Origin: a virus
Taxonomy: Duplodnaviria; Caudoviricetes
DNA length: 64,000 bases
Virus record (IMG/VR): IMGVR_UViG_3300047321_000093
Coordinates: 1,740-65,739 of that record
Reading direction: 5' to 3' (one strand)
Made by a program: the position numbers and the translations under genes. Position 1 is the first letter of the stretch; each line of letters starts with the position of its first letter. Below the pieces are notes generated by a model. That model saw nothing but the letters and a program-made list of their open reading frames with translations. It ran no database searches and was not told the DNA's origin. This document shows, piece after piece, positions 28,734-37,874 of this stretch.

Positions 28734-29116
28734 GCGGCCTCCGAATTGGACGCGACTCGCATCCGAACCATGGCGTTGATGGTTTGCAGCAAAAGAGAAT
28801 CCGCTTTCGGGAACCATGAGCCATCATCGCGAAACATGCTGTCCGACATGCGCTCGTATTCTTCTTCTGAAACTCCAAGCGCCTCCGCAGTCAGATAGAA
28901 CAGTCGCGGCTTCGAGCCGTTCATTTGCCCGCGCTCCTGTTCCTGCACTTGCTCGAATAGAACGCCTAGGTTCAGCATCAGTTCGACGCGAATCGACTCC
29001 TGCCCCCAATCCAGAATCTGTGCGAGAGCTTGAATGGTCATCGGCCCGTTGGCCTTGAGCGCTTCGATCATTGCCTTGCGGCGATTTTCTTTGTGCTTGT
29101 TGCCCTTGCGGTTCAT
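28730..29116 (-). CDS. Winged-HTH hypothetical protein
   Basis: LKANGPMTIQALAQIL; coupled overlaps. Confidence 0.55.
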   Translation of the reverse strand: MNRKGNKHKENRRKAMIEALKANGPMTIQALAQILDWGQESIRVELMLNLGVLFEQVQEQERGQMNGSKPRLFYLTAEALGVSEEEYERMSDSMFRDDGSWFPKADSLLLQTINAMVRMRVASNSEAA

Positions 29117-29583
29117 GCCGCCTCCTTTTCTGCATACTCTTGAACCCGTACCGCAACATGCGGCACGGCTCCGTACTGCTTCACGATCGTTGCCGAGACG
29201 ATCAACTTGTCGTCTAGATAAACTATGCCGTTCATAGCATCGGCAATCGCCTTGCAGACGTTGTCCAGATCGGGCTTGACCGTGGCGCCGATCAGCCCGC
29301 GCTCCGCCAACGCTTGGCGCTTCTTCGACCAGCTCGCCGGGATTGGCATGTTCATCGTCAGCAGCAGGGCGACCGGGCGCTTCATTGGGGTTGCGCCGGC
29401 CATCGCCTCAGCGGCGGCCAACTTCACTAGGTTCTCGTAGTTCGCCGTCTTTTCGGGCGTTCGCACCTGGACGTGCGCGCCATGCCGCGAGAACTTGGGG
29501 CGCCCCTTACCGACCGGAACGCCGGGGACGGTGAACGCCACGCCCTTAGCACTACTATTCACACTGCTCGCTACTGCTTCCAT
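29113..29583 (-). CDS. rusA: RusA-like Holliday junction resolvase
   Basis: PVGKGRP, KPDLDN..KAI.DAMNGIVYLDD. Confidence 0.9.
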   Translation of the reverse strand: MEAVASSVNSSAKGVAFTVPGVPVGKGRPKFSRHGAHVQVRTPEKTANYENLVKLAAAEAMAGATPMKRPVALLLTMNMPIPASWSKKRQALAERGLIGATVKPDLDNVCKAIADAMNGIVYLDDKLIVSATIVKQYGAVPHVAVRVQEYAEKEAA

Positions 29584-29594
29584 CCCCACCCCCA

Positions 29595-29759
29595 TTACTT
29601 CCGTTCAGTCCAAAGCGCCTGGAGCGCTTGCTTTATCTGCGATGCTGCGTGTGTGCCGAATGCGGTTTCGATCTCGCTGATGTAGGCCCGTCTTCGTTCT
29701 AGCGGCCAGTCGGCGATTTCTTCGGTGACTTCGCGTAGACGGGCGGGATCGGAAATCAT
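29595..29759 (-). CDS. Small hypothetical protein (54 aa)
   Basis: MISDPARLRE...RRRAYI..IE...LQALW; manual translation. Confidence 0.55.
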   Translation of the reverse strand: MISDPARLREVTEEIADWPLERRRAYISEIETAFGTHAASQIKQALQALWTERK

Positions 29760-30172
29760 CAGAACGGAATCGATGTGTCCAGCTCACTAAAGCTGATATT
29801 GATCTCGCCAATCGGACCAAGCAGAGTCATAGCTCTCTCTACGATGCGGGCAACATCTCGAAGGCTGATGCGCTCTGATTCTTCGCCTTCGAGCATCTGA
29901 ACGTAGAAATTTCGGCCTCTGGCAAGACAAAGAATGAAGCTCGCCAAGAAATATTCCTGACGGCGCGGGAAGTGTTCTTCGGTCCTAATCACGATCACCG
30001 GCTGGTCTGACTCAAAGCCGAGTGCAAAAGAGAACATTCCATCGTCCGATTCACACAGTTCCATCGTCCCAAGCCTTTCGGCGAGAGAGAATTCCTTAAT
30101 ATGCGTGCGCTCCGTTGTAACCTTCAGGCCGGCCGCGCGAAGAACGTCCAATGCTTCCGATGCTTTGCTCAT
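29759..30172 (-). CDS. Hypothetical protein
   Basis: Coupled to the primase-helicase stop. Confidence 0.55.
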   Translation of the reverse strand: MSKASEALDVLRAAGLKVTTERTHIKEFSLAERLGTMELCESDDGMFSFALGFESDQPVIVIRTEEHFPRRQEYFLASFILCLARGRNFYVQMLEGEESERISLRDVARIVERAMTLLGPIGEINISFSELDTSIPF

Positions 30173-31947
30173 GCTGTTTCTCCAATCTTCTGGGTAAATG
30201 GAACGTAGATATGCGGGCGACGGGCCCGACTTGTGCTGAACTGCATACAGGCGCGATTCACGTACAGCGCCAGCTTGCGATGTTGTGTCTCGCCGTTGCG
30301 GTTTTTGAACAGCTCAAGGATCGCATCCGGTTCGTCGTTTTGCTGACCCTCTTCCTTCTGCGCCGACCAGACCGAAAATAGGTTGTCGGCCGCATCGGTG
30401 ATCTTGCTGCTACCGGACACATCCATCTTTCCGGGCGCTTCGCTCTCGTCGCGACCTTTGCGGGGATGCGCAACAAGGTGCACATGGACGCCGATTCCAC
30501 GAGCGAAGGCCGTAAGCTTGCGCATCGCTTCCTTCTGCGACGTCATCGCGCCGGAACCGTCCTCGAGAACGTCGGTCATCATCAGACTGTCAATCACGAA
30601 GTGGCGGATGCCATAGCGCTTGAAGCCGTAGGAGAAGACGGTAATCAGGCGGTCAATCGTCGCCGTGCCGACAAGTGCAAAAAGCCAGATTCGATCGCGC
30701 AACCATTCGCACATCGCGTCGAGATATTGAGGGGTAGGGCGATCAATGCCGCCGAGTTGCTTTGCCATGCGCTTGCCCTGCCGCTCGGGCGTCATTTCGC
30801 CGGAGAAGACGCAGACACGCTCGCCTTGATCCATCACGCCAATCAGAATCTGATTCAGCATCAGCGACTTGCCGTGTCCGTTGTAGCCAGTCCACACCGT
30901 CAATTCGCCCGGCCTGAATTCAAACCAGTCCATGCGCTCGCCGCAGAACGACAACTGCGGGTAGGCGATCTCATCGTGCGACGGATAGAAAAGCGCCTTA
31001 ACTCCGCCCCAGAATTCAGACAGCGACTTCAGCTCTTCCGGATCGAACGTCTTTGCTTGTGCGAAGTGCGTTCTGAAATCGTCTTGCGTCGCGCCGGTCA
31101 ACAGGAATTCATTGGCGTCCTTCTTCGGGAACGTGACGACCTTGCATCGGTCCAGACCGAGCCGATTCGCTACCTCGCGCGCGCCTTTCTGACCCGCTTC
31201 GTCGTTGTCGTAGCACAGGTAAATCTCACTGAAGCGCTCGAGTCGCGCCCAGTCGTTGTCGATCCATTGATGGTTCCCGGCGCCGGCATTGACCGACATG
31301 GCAGGAATGCCGACCTGATACAAGCTCATGGCGTCAATCTCGCCCTCAGTAATCGCGATACCGCGCTTCTTCGGGTCGATCAGATGCCAGCCGAACAGAC
31401 ACGGCTCGGCACCGGCTTCCTGTCTCATGTCCTTCTTTTCAACGATGTTGCGGTACTTGGCGTTGATGAGTTCGCCTTCGCGGATATACGGGAACAGAGC
31501 GTAGATCGAGCCATTGCGGTCAACTTCACCGATTCGATACGCTTCGACCGTAGCCTCCGTAAGACCGCGGCTCGAGAACCATTCGCCGAGAGCACTTTTC
31601 GGCGCCTGACGTTTGGCCTTGGGGGGCCGCTTGTATGTCGGCGCCTCGCGGTGCGGCATCTCGTCACGAACGCCCAGGAACTGCTTTGCCTCGCGCATTG
31701 CTTCGGGAATCGACAAGGCTCGGCACTGCATCCAAAGGTCGAGCATGTCGCCGGCTGCGCCCGTGCTGAAATCTTTCCACACGCCGCGCTTTGCCCCAGA
31801 CAGGCAGACCGACAAGGATTGCCCAGCCTCACCCGCCACGCTCCCGACCTTCCACTCCTTCGAGACCTTTTTGCCCTGCGGCAACAGGTGCTCAGCGACC
31901 GTCGCTGCGTTGTCTGCCATGAGTGCTGCGAGTTCCCGTGCGTTCAT
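30169..31947 (-). CDS. Bifunctional primase-helicase (T7 gp4/Twinkle-like)
   Basis: TOPRIM ITEGEIDA and YDNDEAG; DnaB-like GYNGHGKS, IDSL, HLVAHPRK, SGS..I.D.ADN. Confidence 0.92.
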   Translation of the reverse strand: MNARELAALMADNAATVAEHLLPQGKKVSKEWKVGSVAGEAGQSLSVCLSGAKRGVWKDFSTGAAGDMLDLWMQCRALSIPEAMREAKQFLGVRDEMPHREAPTYKRPPKAKRQAPKSALGEWFSSRGLTEATVEAYRIGEVDRNGSIYALFPYIREGELINAKYRNIVEKKDMRQEAGAEPCLFGWHLIDPKKRGIAITEGEIDAMSLYQVGIPAMSVNAGAGNHQWIDNDWARLERFSEIYLCYDNDEAGQKGAREVANRLGLDRCKVVTFPKKDANEFLLTGATQDDFRTHFAQAKTFDPEELKSLSEFWGGVKALFYPSHDEIAYPQLSFCGERMDWFEFRPGELTVWTGYNGHGKSLMLNQILIGVMDQGERVCVFSGEMTPERQGKRMAKQLGGIDRPTPQYLDAMCEWLRDRIWLFALVGTATIDRLITVFSYGFKRYGIRHFVIDSLMMTDVLEDGSGAMTSQKEAMRKLTAFARGIGVHVHLVAHPRKGRDESEAPGKMDVSGSSKITDAADNLFSVWSAQKEEGQQNDEPDAILELFKNRNGETQHRKLALYVNRACMQFSTSRARRPHIYVPFTQKIGETA

Positions 31948-32939
31948 TGCTCACCCTTGATCTTCATGCCATCTTTGAAAAATCGCGCGTTGTGCTGCGT
32001 GCAACCCGCGTTCATTGCGTCCCACTCATTCTCAAAACCTGCCGAAGCCCACCACGAGCCACCCGTCGATTGCTTCGGCAGAGCGGCCAGGTATTGCTCA
32101 AAATTCGTCGCGTTGAACAGCGTTTTCGGGCGAAGGTAGGCGGACCATTTTTTATCTTTCGCCCACTGCTTGACCTTCGCATCGATCACCGCCTTAGCCT
32201 CTTCAACGGTTGCGCCTTCGCCGAGTCTCGCTCGGATCAGGCGGGCGTTCGATTCGACCATCCGGAAACTCGAGCCGGTGCGGGCGTTCAAGTGGGCAAG
32301 GATTTCCTTCACGGAATCTGATTCCTGCACTTCGTCCCCGTCTTCCTGCTCATCGTCGTCCGCATCGTCGGGTTCACCCGACAAGGGTTTTTCTTTCTGT
32401 TCCTGTTCCTGTTCCTGATTAGGACATGTCTTAGGCGTAGCCTTGTCGGAAGTCTTTCCGCTAGGCTTCCTGAAAGCCTTATCGAAAGCCTTACCGAAAC
32501 CCTCTCCAAGGTCATGCAGAGCGGCTCTCAGCGAATCGAATGCCTCCCATTTCAGGTCGCACTCCGGGATCAAATCCCACTCAGCACTCCATGAGGTCAC
32601 CACGTTCGGTGACTCAGGCTTATTGCATTTCAGAGCATTAGGAATCCATACGACCTTGGCTTTCCAGTCGGCTTTCACCATGTCTTGCTCGAAGGCTTCC
32701 GCGAAGGCTTTGTCGAAGTCTTCCGTAGACCAGTCGAGTTCTTCCGCCATTGCGGCACGGCCACTACGGAACAGACCAGGGATCGGGCCAGTGTGCGGGC
32801 CGGTCAGCAGGAACAGCCACAGACCTTGCCCGCACGGCGGGATCGCAGACAGCTTCCGGAACTTCTCGTCGCCCCACATGCGCACTTCGATCTTTCTGTA
32901 ACGCGATTTCTTTTCTGGCTTGCCGACTTGCTCACTCAT
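31944..32939 (-). CDS. Replication initiator / replisome organizer
   Basis: YRKI...MWGDEKFR, EQEQEQ linker, C-terminal YLRPKTLF..TNFEQYL. Confidence 0.85.
   Translation of the reverse strand: MSEQVGKPEKKSRYRKIEVRMWGDEKFRKLSAIPPCGQGLWLFLLTGPHTGPIPGLFRSGRAAMAEELDWSTEDFDKAFAEAFEQDMVKADWKAKVVWIPNALKCNKPESPNVVTSWSAEWDLIPECDLKWEAFDSLRAALHDLGEGFGKAFDKAFRKPSGKTSDKATPKTCPNQEQEQEQKEKPLSGEPDDADDDEQEDGDEVQESDSVKEILAHLNARTGSSFRMVESNARLIRARLGEGATVEEAKAVIDAKVKQWAKDKKWSAYLRPKTLFNATNFEQYLAALPKQSTGGSWWASAGFENEWDAMNAGCTQHNARFFKDGMKIKGEQ
32436..32726. repeat. Iteron-like 12-bp tandem repeats (likely origin)
   Basis: About six degenerate GAAAGCCTTA(T/C)C units at 32436-32507 and three at 32691-32726 inside the initiator gene. 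Confidence 0.65.
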
Positions 32940-33318
32940 GGGTCATCCCCTCGAAAGCAGCCGCAGCGGCTTTGTCTTCCTTTTGCTTGCGCTTGTTGCA
33001 TGTCTCGCAAAGGGTTTGGAAGTTTTCAACGACATTCAGTCCGCCGGCCTTCAAAGTGACAACATGATCGAGAACGAGAACATCGCGGTAGCCGGTCCCC
33101 GTGAGGGTGTTCGTGTACAGTGTTTTGTGGCCGTCGTAATCGACCGTCGACTCAGAAGCAATTGCAGGGCAGCGTTTGCATTTGAATCCGTCTTGATGGA
33201 AAACGTGTCGACGAAGCGCAGCATGCGCTGGGTACTTGAACTTCAAGCGCCTAACGGACGTAACAACCGGCCAGCGGTTGCCCCATGCATCAGTCCAATA
33301 TGCTGCGTATTCCCGCAC
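32932..33318 (-). CDS. HNH endonuclease
   Basis: CKRC...DHVV....GG.N...N.Q.LC..CN..K. Confidence 0.8.
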   Translation of the reverse strand: MREYAAYWTDAWGNRWPVVTSVRRLKFKYPAHAALRRHVFHQDGFKCKRCPAIASESTVDYDGHKTLYTNTLTGTGYRDVLVLDHVVTLKAGGLNVVENFQTLCETCNKRKQKEDKAAAAAFEGMTHE

Positions 33319-33422
33319 TTACTGCCCCTTCAAATCAAACCGGTCATAGACGCGCTGGCATGCCTCGAGAGACAGCCATCCAGCGCAATAGGCCCACAGC
33401 AGAGCCCGTTTAGTAAGCGTCT

Positions 33423-33593
33423 TCACGCGAGCCCCTTGTCCGATTCCATGCGTTTAATCTGTGCCGGCGAACGAGCCTTGATTTCGGCCCGCAGCAGACT
33501 CCACAACTCAATCCGTTGCTCAAGGGACTCAGCATTGACGAGCTTCATGCCGAGTTCCTGGATGCGCTGCTCGCGAACCTGATCGGCATTCAT
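33423..33593 (-). CDS. Hypothetical protein
   Basis: IKARSPAQIKRME..KGL. Confidence 0.55.
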   Translation of the reverse strand: MNADQVREQRIQELGMKLVNAESLEQRIELWSLLRAEIKARSPAQIKRMESDKGLA

Positions 33594-33677
33594 CTCAACC
33601 CCCAAACAGCGGAATAAGGACCGTCGCCACGAAGCAGGAGCCGCAGGCGATTACGCACAGGACGAAGATGAGGGCTT

Positions 33678-34100
33678 TCATGCTGCCACCTTCGATTTCA
33701 TCTTGGCCCGCAGTTCGGCCGTGCGCTGCTCAAGCTCCCACAACTCCCGCATCTCGTCGTCCAGGATCATTTCGCGCTGATGCTCGATCCATTGCGTCAA
33801 CAGCGTGTGTCCGACTAAACACTCGAACCGGGCAACTGTCGTGATCGGCAGATGCCAAACCTTGCCGGCGCCATCCTTCCCGTTCTTGATCTTCGAGAAC
33901 TGTGAAGGTGACAACCCGAGGTAACCGGCGTAGGTTTTTTCCATGAACTTGAATTTCGAGAGTTCGATTGCTTTCAGGATCAGTCCCGACTCGCAAGTAA
34001 TTGATTCAACTACAGAAAGATCCACGCGTTGCGGCCGATTCATACGACACATCAGCGGCAATTCGAACTGAGTGACATCACTTGACACTTGAGTTGACAC
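33678..34100 (-). CDS. CII-like transcriptional regulator
   Basis: HTH (AGYLGLSPSQFSKIKNG); directly downstream of cro. Confidence 0.65.
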   Translation of the reverse strand: MSTQVSSDVTQFELPLMCRMNRPQRVDLSVVESITCESGLILKAIELSKFKFMEKTYAGYLGLSPSQFSKIKNGKDGAGKVWHLPITTVARFECLVGHTLLTQWIEHQREMILDDEMRELWELEQRTAELRAKMKSKVAA

Positions 34101-34105
34101 TTGAG
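34082..34105 (+). promoter_or_regulatory. Direct repeat TTGACACTTGAG x2 (pRE-like)
   Basis: Tandem repeat at the cII start, containing TTGACA oriented toward cI. Confidence 0.5.
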
Positions 34106-34230
34106 CCTCACGTTAAATAAAAGCGCCATATCGACGCTTAACGACTAACAGGTCCTGAGTGAGCAGCGAACCCCAACCCGAAAAATCTATGTTCTTGACT
34201 TCAAGTAGTACTAAGGCCTTACAGCCTTGC

Positions 34231-34503
34231 TTACCTGGTCTTACGACTCGTCTCGCCACCGGTATTCGGCTGGGCGTCGTCGATGGCCGCATGCGAATCA
34301 ATCCCATCACCCCAGATGTCGGGCCGAAGTTCGGCCAGCGTGAAGCGAGGGTCATGAGCGACAATACGTTTGCAGAGGTCTGGGCCTGGCTTGCGCGTAC
34401 CCCGCGAGCACAGGTACAGGTAGTCGACATTGATCCCGACCGCGTCAGCGAACAGCTTCCGTTCAGCGGGTTTGGTTGTCTTGAAAAACGTCTGGAGATC
34501 CAT
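34231..34503 (-). CDS. Cro-like repressor (YdaS family)
   Basis: FADAVGINVDYL...ELRPDIW; divergent from cI. Confidence 0.85.
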   Translation of the reverse strand: MDLQTFFKTTKPAERKLFADAVGINVDYLYLCSRGTRKPGPDLCKRIVAHDPRFTLAELRPDIWGDGIDSHAAIDDAQPNTGGETSRKTR

Positions 34504-34537
34504 GTGGCTACCAATCAGTCAAAGTGTGTAGCCAATA

Positions 34538-34614
34538 TAGATCAAAAAGATTTGCGAATCAAGCTATGCGATCTGCTTTTACAAATCTTTTTGCACGTTG
34601 ATCAAAATGATTGA
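34538..34614. promoter_or_regulatory. Right operator region (OR)
   Basis: 17-bp sites TAGATCAAAAAGATTTG, CAAATCTTTTTGCACGT, TTGATCAAAATGATTGA. Confidence 0.7.
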
Positions 34615-34633
34615 TGCCGCCATCATTCGCCCC

Positions 34634-35392
34634 ATGAAGACAGTCAAAGAGATCCGGCTGGAGAACGCTCGCTCGCTCGCAACAGAGGGGCCGGCAGAGT
34701 TCGCCCGTCAAATCGAAAGCAGCACGCAACAGGTCAATCAGGTCATCGGGCCGTCGCCATCTCGCAATATCGGCGACAAGCTGGCGAGACGGATTGAGTC
34801 AGCGTTTGGCAAGCCAGAGGGGTGGTTAGACGTCCAGCACAATGCAGAGCAAAACGATGTTTCAAAAACAAGTCAACCCGAGTCGTTAATTAAACGTTTG
34901 CTTCCGGACGACCAAGGTAATGTGGTCACCTGGGAAGCGCCGGAGGATCTGGACCACGATATAGATCGGGTCTGGATCGATCGGTTTGACTATCGTTTTT
35001 CCGCGGGGACTGGCGTGATTCAGTGGGAAGTAAGGCAGAAGAAGGCGCTTCCGTTTGACCTTGGTTTTTTTCGCGCCTTGGGAGTACGACCGCAAGACTG
35101 CAAGCTGGCACAGGTGCATGGCCGCAGCATGGAGCCTTACCTGTTCAACCGCGACATGATGATGATCTGCTCGAGCAAGACCAGGGTTAAGGACGGTCTG
35201 ATCTATGCGATCGTCTTTGAGGACGAGCCACTGGTGAAGCAGATATTCAAGGAGCCGGAGGGCGCCCTGAGATTGCATTCATATAACCCGGAGTTTCCGG
35301 ACAAGGTGATCCATGCCGAGCAGCTGGAAAGCCTGCAGATCGCCGGCGAGGTGATCTACCGGTCGGGATCGGGTCTGGCAGGCGGTAACTGA
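34634..35392 (+). CDS. CI repressor (HTH plus S24 peptidase)
   Basis: N-terminal HTH, SAG cleavage site, GRSMEP catalytic Ser, LVK catalytic Lys. Confidence 0.92.
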   Translation: MKTVKEIRLENARSLATEGPAEFARQIESSTQQVNQVIGPSPSRNIGDKLARRIESAFGKPEGWLDVQHNAEQNDVSKTSQPESLIKRLLPDDQGNVVTWEAPEDLDHDIDRVWIDRFDYRFSAGTGVIQWEVRQKKALPFDLGFFRALGVRPQDCKLAQVHGRSMEPYLFNRDMMMICSSKTRVKDGLIYAIVFEDEPLVKQIFKEPEGALRLHSYNPEFPDKVIHAEQLESLQIAGEVIYRSGSGLAGGN

Positions 35393-35422
35393 ACAGGTTC
35401 CATCTGAAACTGACGTAAGCAG

Positions 35423-35448
35423 AAGCCCAGCCCCGCGCTGGGCTTTTT
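35423..35448 (+). terminator. Terminator after cI
   Basis: AAGCCCAGC-CCC-GCGCTGGGCTTTTT. Confidence 0.75.
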
Positions 35449-35648
35449 CATTTCTGCCGCAAGGCAAACCCCTCCCGCCACAGCACGGCACCTACCGCCG
35501 TCAGCAAGGCTATGTCCTGCGCCGGCAATCTCTCCCAAGCGCCAGCAAGCCAGCCAGCGAACGCTGCGCACGTGTCGTCTATCGAGAAGTCAGCCCGGCC
35601 CTCGGCGTTCAGGCGCTCGAACATGGTGATTACGTCGTCTGCAGTCAT
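35448..35648 (-). CDS. Hypothetical protein convergent with cI
   Basis: AGGAGG SD; 66 aa. Confidence 0.6.
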   Translation of the reverse strand: MTADDVITMFERLNAEGRADFSIDDTCAAFAGWLAGAWERLPAQDIALLTAVGAVLWREGFALRQK

Positions 35649-35691
35649 GGCGTCCTCCTGCTTGCACCTTCTACAGAATATGCGAAAACGC

Positions 35692-35798
35692 TAAATCTTT
35701 TTGATCTATCAGCGCGGCTGCGACGATAGAAATAATTGTTGAGCCCCAGCAAATCGTTTTGCACGATAAAGCTTTGCAAAGCAAATCAAATTGATCTA
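35692..35798. promoter_or_regulatory. Left operator/promoter (OL/pL)
   Basis: TAAATCTTTTTGATCTA, CAAATCGTTTTGCACGA, CAAATCAAATTGATCTA match the OR sites; TTGCAA...TATGAT promoter. Confidence 0.7.
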
Positions 35799-35840
35799 TG
35801 ATTCTCTCCATACCAGCACAGCAAACCACCGGAGAGAGTC

Positions 35841-36080
35841 ATGAACTCAAGTCAACGTCGTAAAGCGTATCGCGCAATGCCGAAGGCCGGAACCCGCGTC
35901 GAGTGGACACTGAAGAGCGGCAAGGTCAACAGTGGAATCGCAGTTGGCCCGATGCCGATCCACCGCGATCAGTGGAATCAAGAGCGCCGCAACGTCCCGA
36001 ACGTTCGCCGTCTGCGCGTCGCCCTGGGGAGTGGTGCGCACTCGCATCCTTTGACGCATGGCATTCGCGTTGTTGCGTGA
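35841..36080 (+). CDS. First early-left protein (basic)
   Basis: SD GGAGAG; Arg-rich N-terminus. Confidence 0.6.
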   Translation: MNSSQRRKAYRAMPKAGTRVEWTLKSGKVNSGIAVGPMPIHRDQWNQERRNVPNVRRLRVALGSGAHSHPLTHGIRVVA

Positions 36081-36088
36081 GATCGACC

Positions 36089-36274
36089 ATGACCCTGCAA
36101 GAGCAAGGATTCCGGCTTCTGGTGCTGGTGGAACGAACAAGGTTCAAGAGCAACTGGTTCCACCCCGCCGAAGTGCCGCAGATGATCGCGTGCGGTTGGC
36201 AGGATGCGACAGACATGAGCGACGAAGAATATGACACCGCTGTCGCTCGCTGGAACGGCGATTACGAAGAGTGA
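36089..36274 (+). CDS. Hypothetical protein
   Basis: MTLQEQGFRL...WFHPAE...DATDMSDEE. Confidence 0.55.
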   Translation: MTLQEQGFRLLVLVERTRFKSNWFHPAEVPQMIACGWQDATDMSDEEYDTAVARWNGDYEE

Positions 36275-36323
36275 CCGTGAAAGACCAAAACCGCCGCAGA
36301 GCCGCGGCAACAAGGGGAAGGAA

Positions 36324-36647
36324 ATGAGCGAGCACCTGAAGGCATTTCTGGCTGCGTATCTCGGATGGGTTGATGCGGGCGCGGTCGAGGATGGATGCTT
36401 CATGCGCGGAACGGGCCTATGCAACAACTTCGAATACTGGCTTGCAGAACGCGGAATTGGCTTATCCGATGCCGAGTACGAAATCCATCTTCTGAGTAAG
36501 CAGTTTAAGTCGGAAGGTCTCGACCAGCATTACCCATTCGGCGGAGAAGATGCATACGACGAAGCCATGGTGAAGGGTGAGCAACACCTTAACGCCGCCC
36601 GCATCGCTTGGGTCCGCTCGAAGGTTGCGCAACACGAAGTAGCTTGA
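36324..36647 (+). CDS. Hypothetical phage protein
   Basis: MSEHLKAFL..Y..W...GLC...YPF...N..RI.WV. Confidence 0.65.
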   Translation: MSEHLKAFLAAYLGWVDAGAVEDGCFMRGTGLCNNFEYWLAERGIGLSDAEYEIHLLSKQFKSEGLDQHYPFGGEDAYDEAMVKGEQHLNAARIAWVRSKVAQHEVA

Positions 36648-37200
36648 CTGTTCGTAGCGCAGAGCCATACACGGCTCTCCAGTGCGAATAGCACGAAGTA
36701 GAGGAACACGGGTACAGCATGGCGCTATCCCGGTTTTGAATGTGATCTTTAACCTGACTAGAAGAGATACCCGTAAGGGAGCGCTCAACGCCCTACCGCT
36801 GAAAAGATCGGGGCCTATCAGTTATCCGCCTGGTCGACAGATTCGACTATAGAACGGATCGCTGATTGAGCAGTACCGCCAGGCCGGCCAAGATGCACGG
36901 TCGGTCTGGATGCAGTTTTTCGTGAATGGCGTTGTGCGGCGTGGAAAGCAGACACGCACTGCAAGCGGGAGTCTGGCCCGCAACCGTAGCGCATTGAACT
37001 GGAGCCACCGATCAATTACCCCGACTCGGCTCCGCGCAGAGAAGTAACGGTGACAACAGCTAAAACGGACAGCCGGCCTAGCGACCGGCCACAGCGTCAT
37101 TCACGAAACATTGCAACGATCCCTTTCCATCTGCCGATTCATCGAGTCGGCAGCAGTGAGGGGGATTGGAGAGTCGGCGTAATGCCCGTTAGGACAACTA
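36648..37200 (+). ncRNA. Structured non-coding region of the early-left transcript
   Basis: About 550 nt with no credible ORF; series of bulged hairpins and a 19-bp closing stem at 36918-37108. Confidence 0.5.
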
Positions 37201-37227
37201 TGCGCTGCGGCGCACAAGGAATAGACC

Positions 37228-37506
37228 ATGGATATCAAAGGTATCAGCAAGGCGAAGATTCTGGCAGCGCTGTACAACGCGAGCCGTACGCAGGGTATGG
37301 GTTTTCTTCAGGCGAAGAACGGCGACATGTCCGAGTCGGAAGCACAGAAGCTTCTCGATGCCGGTCACACGTATTTCGATTACCTGCATGGCCGGGTGAT
37401 GAAGATCGACTTGAGCGGCGACGAACTGCGGACCGCGCTGTATGACCGCGACAACGGTCAGGGCGCAGCAGAGGAAGCGATCACGCGAGCACTGGTAGCC
37501 GCATAA
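37228..37506 (+). CDS. Conserved phage hypothetical protein
   Basis: ILAALYNAS...YFDYLHGRVMKIDL...LYDRDNG. Confidence 0.75.
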   Translation: MDIKGISKAKILAALYNASRTQGMGFLQAKNGDMSESEAQKLLDAGHTYFDYLHGRVMKIDLSGDELRTALYDRDNGQGAAEEAITRALVAA

Positions 37507-37532
37507 CTCGCGCCACGACGCAGGAGACTGAA

Positions 37533-37874
37533 ATGAACGAAGAACGCCTGCAGCAGATGGTGACGATGCTGCGCGGATTGCCGGAAGAGAAGCGGGAGAA
37601 CTTCAATCTCACCGACTGGAACTGTGGGACAACGGCGTGCGCAGTCGGTTGGGCCTGTCTCGATCCCGTGTTTATCGAGCAGGGTCTGACGTTTGACAGT
37701 TTGCGCATCGCGCCCGAATTCATGGGAAACGACGGCTGGTATGCGGTCAAGACGTTCTTTGATATCACGTTCGACCAGAGTCGAAAGTTGTTCGATATCG
37801 GCTACTACGAGAAGGGGGCGGGAACCGGGCCCGATGAAGTTGCCGACCGAATCGAAGCATTCATCGCCGCCTAG
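37533..37874 (+). CDS. Hypothetical phage protein
   Basis: CGTTACAVGW motif; SD. Confidence 0.7.
   Translation: MNEERLQQMVTMLRGLPEEKRENFNLTDWNCGTTACAVGWACLDPVFIEQGLTFDSLRIAPEFMGNDGWYAVKTFFDITFDQSRKLFDIGYYEKGAGTGPDEVADRIEAFIAA

Noticed and set aside
30466-32139. 557-aa plus-strand ORF (also 6695-7891, 11371-12375, 17054-18202, 60854-61816)
   Set aside because: Antisense shadows of conserved genes in GC-rich DNA; no motifs or SD
32436-32507. CRISPR-like array
   Set aside because: Short tandem repeats without spacers; fit iterons, and no cas genes are present
34159-34614. 151-aa plus-strand ORF across cro and the operators
   Set aside because: Overlaps cro antisense and OR; no motif
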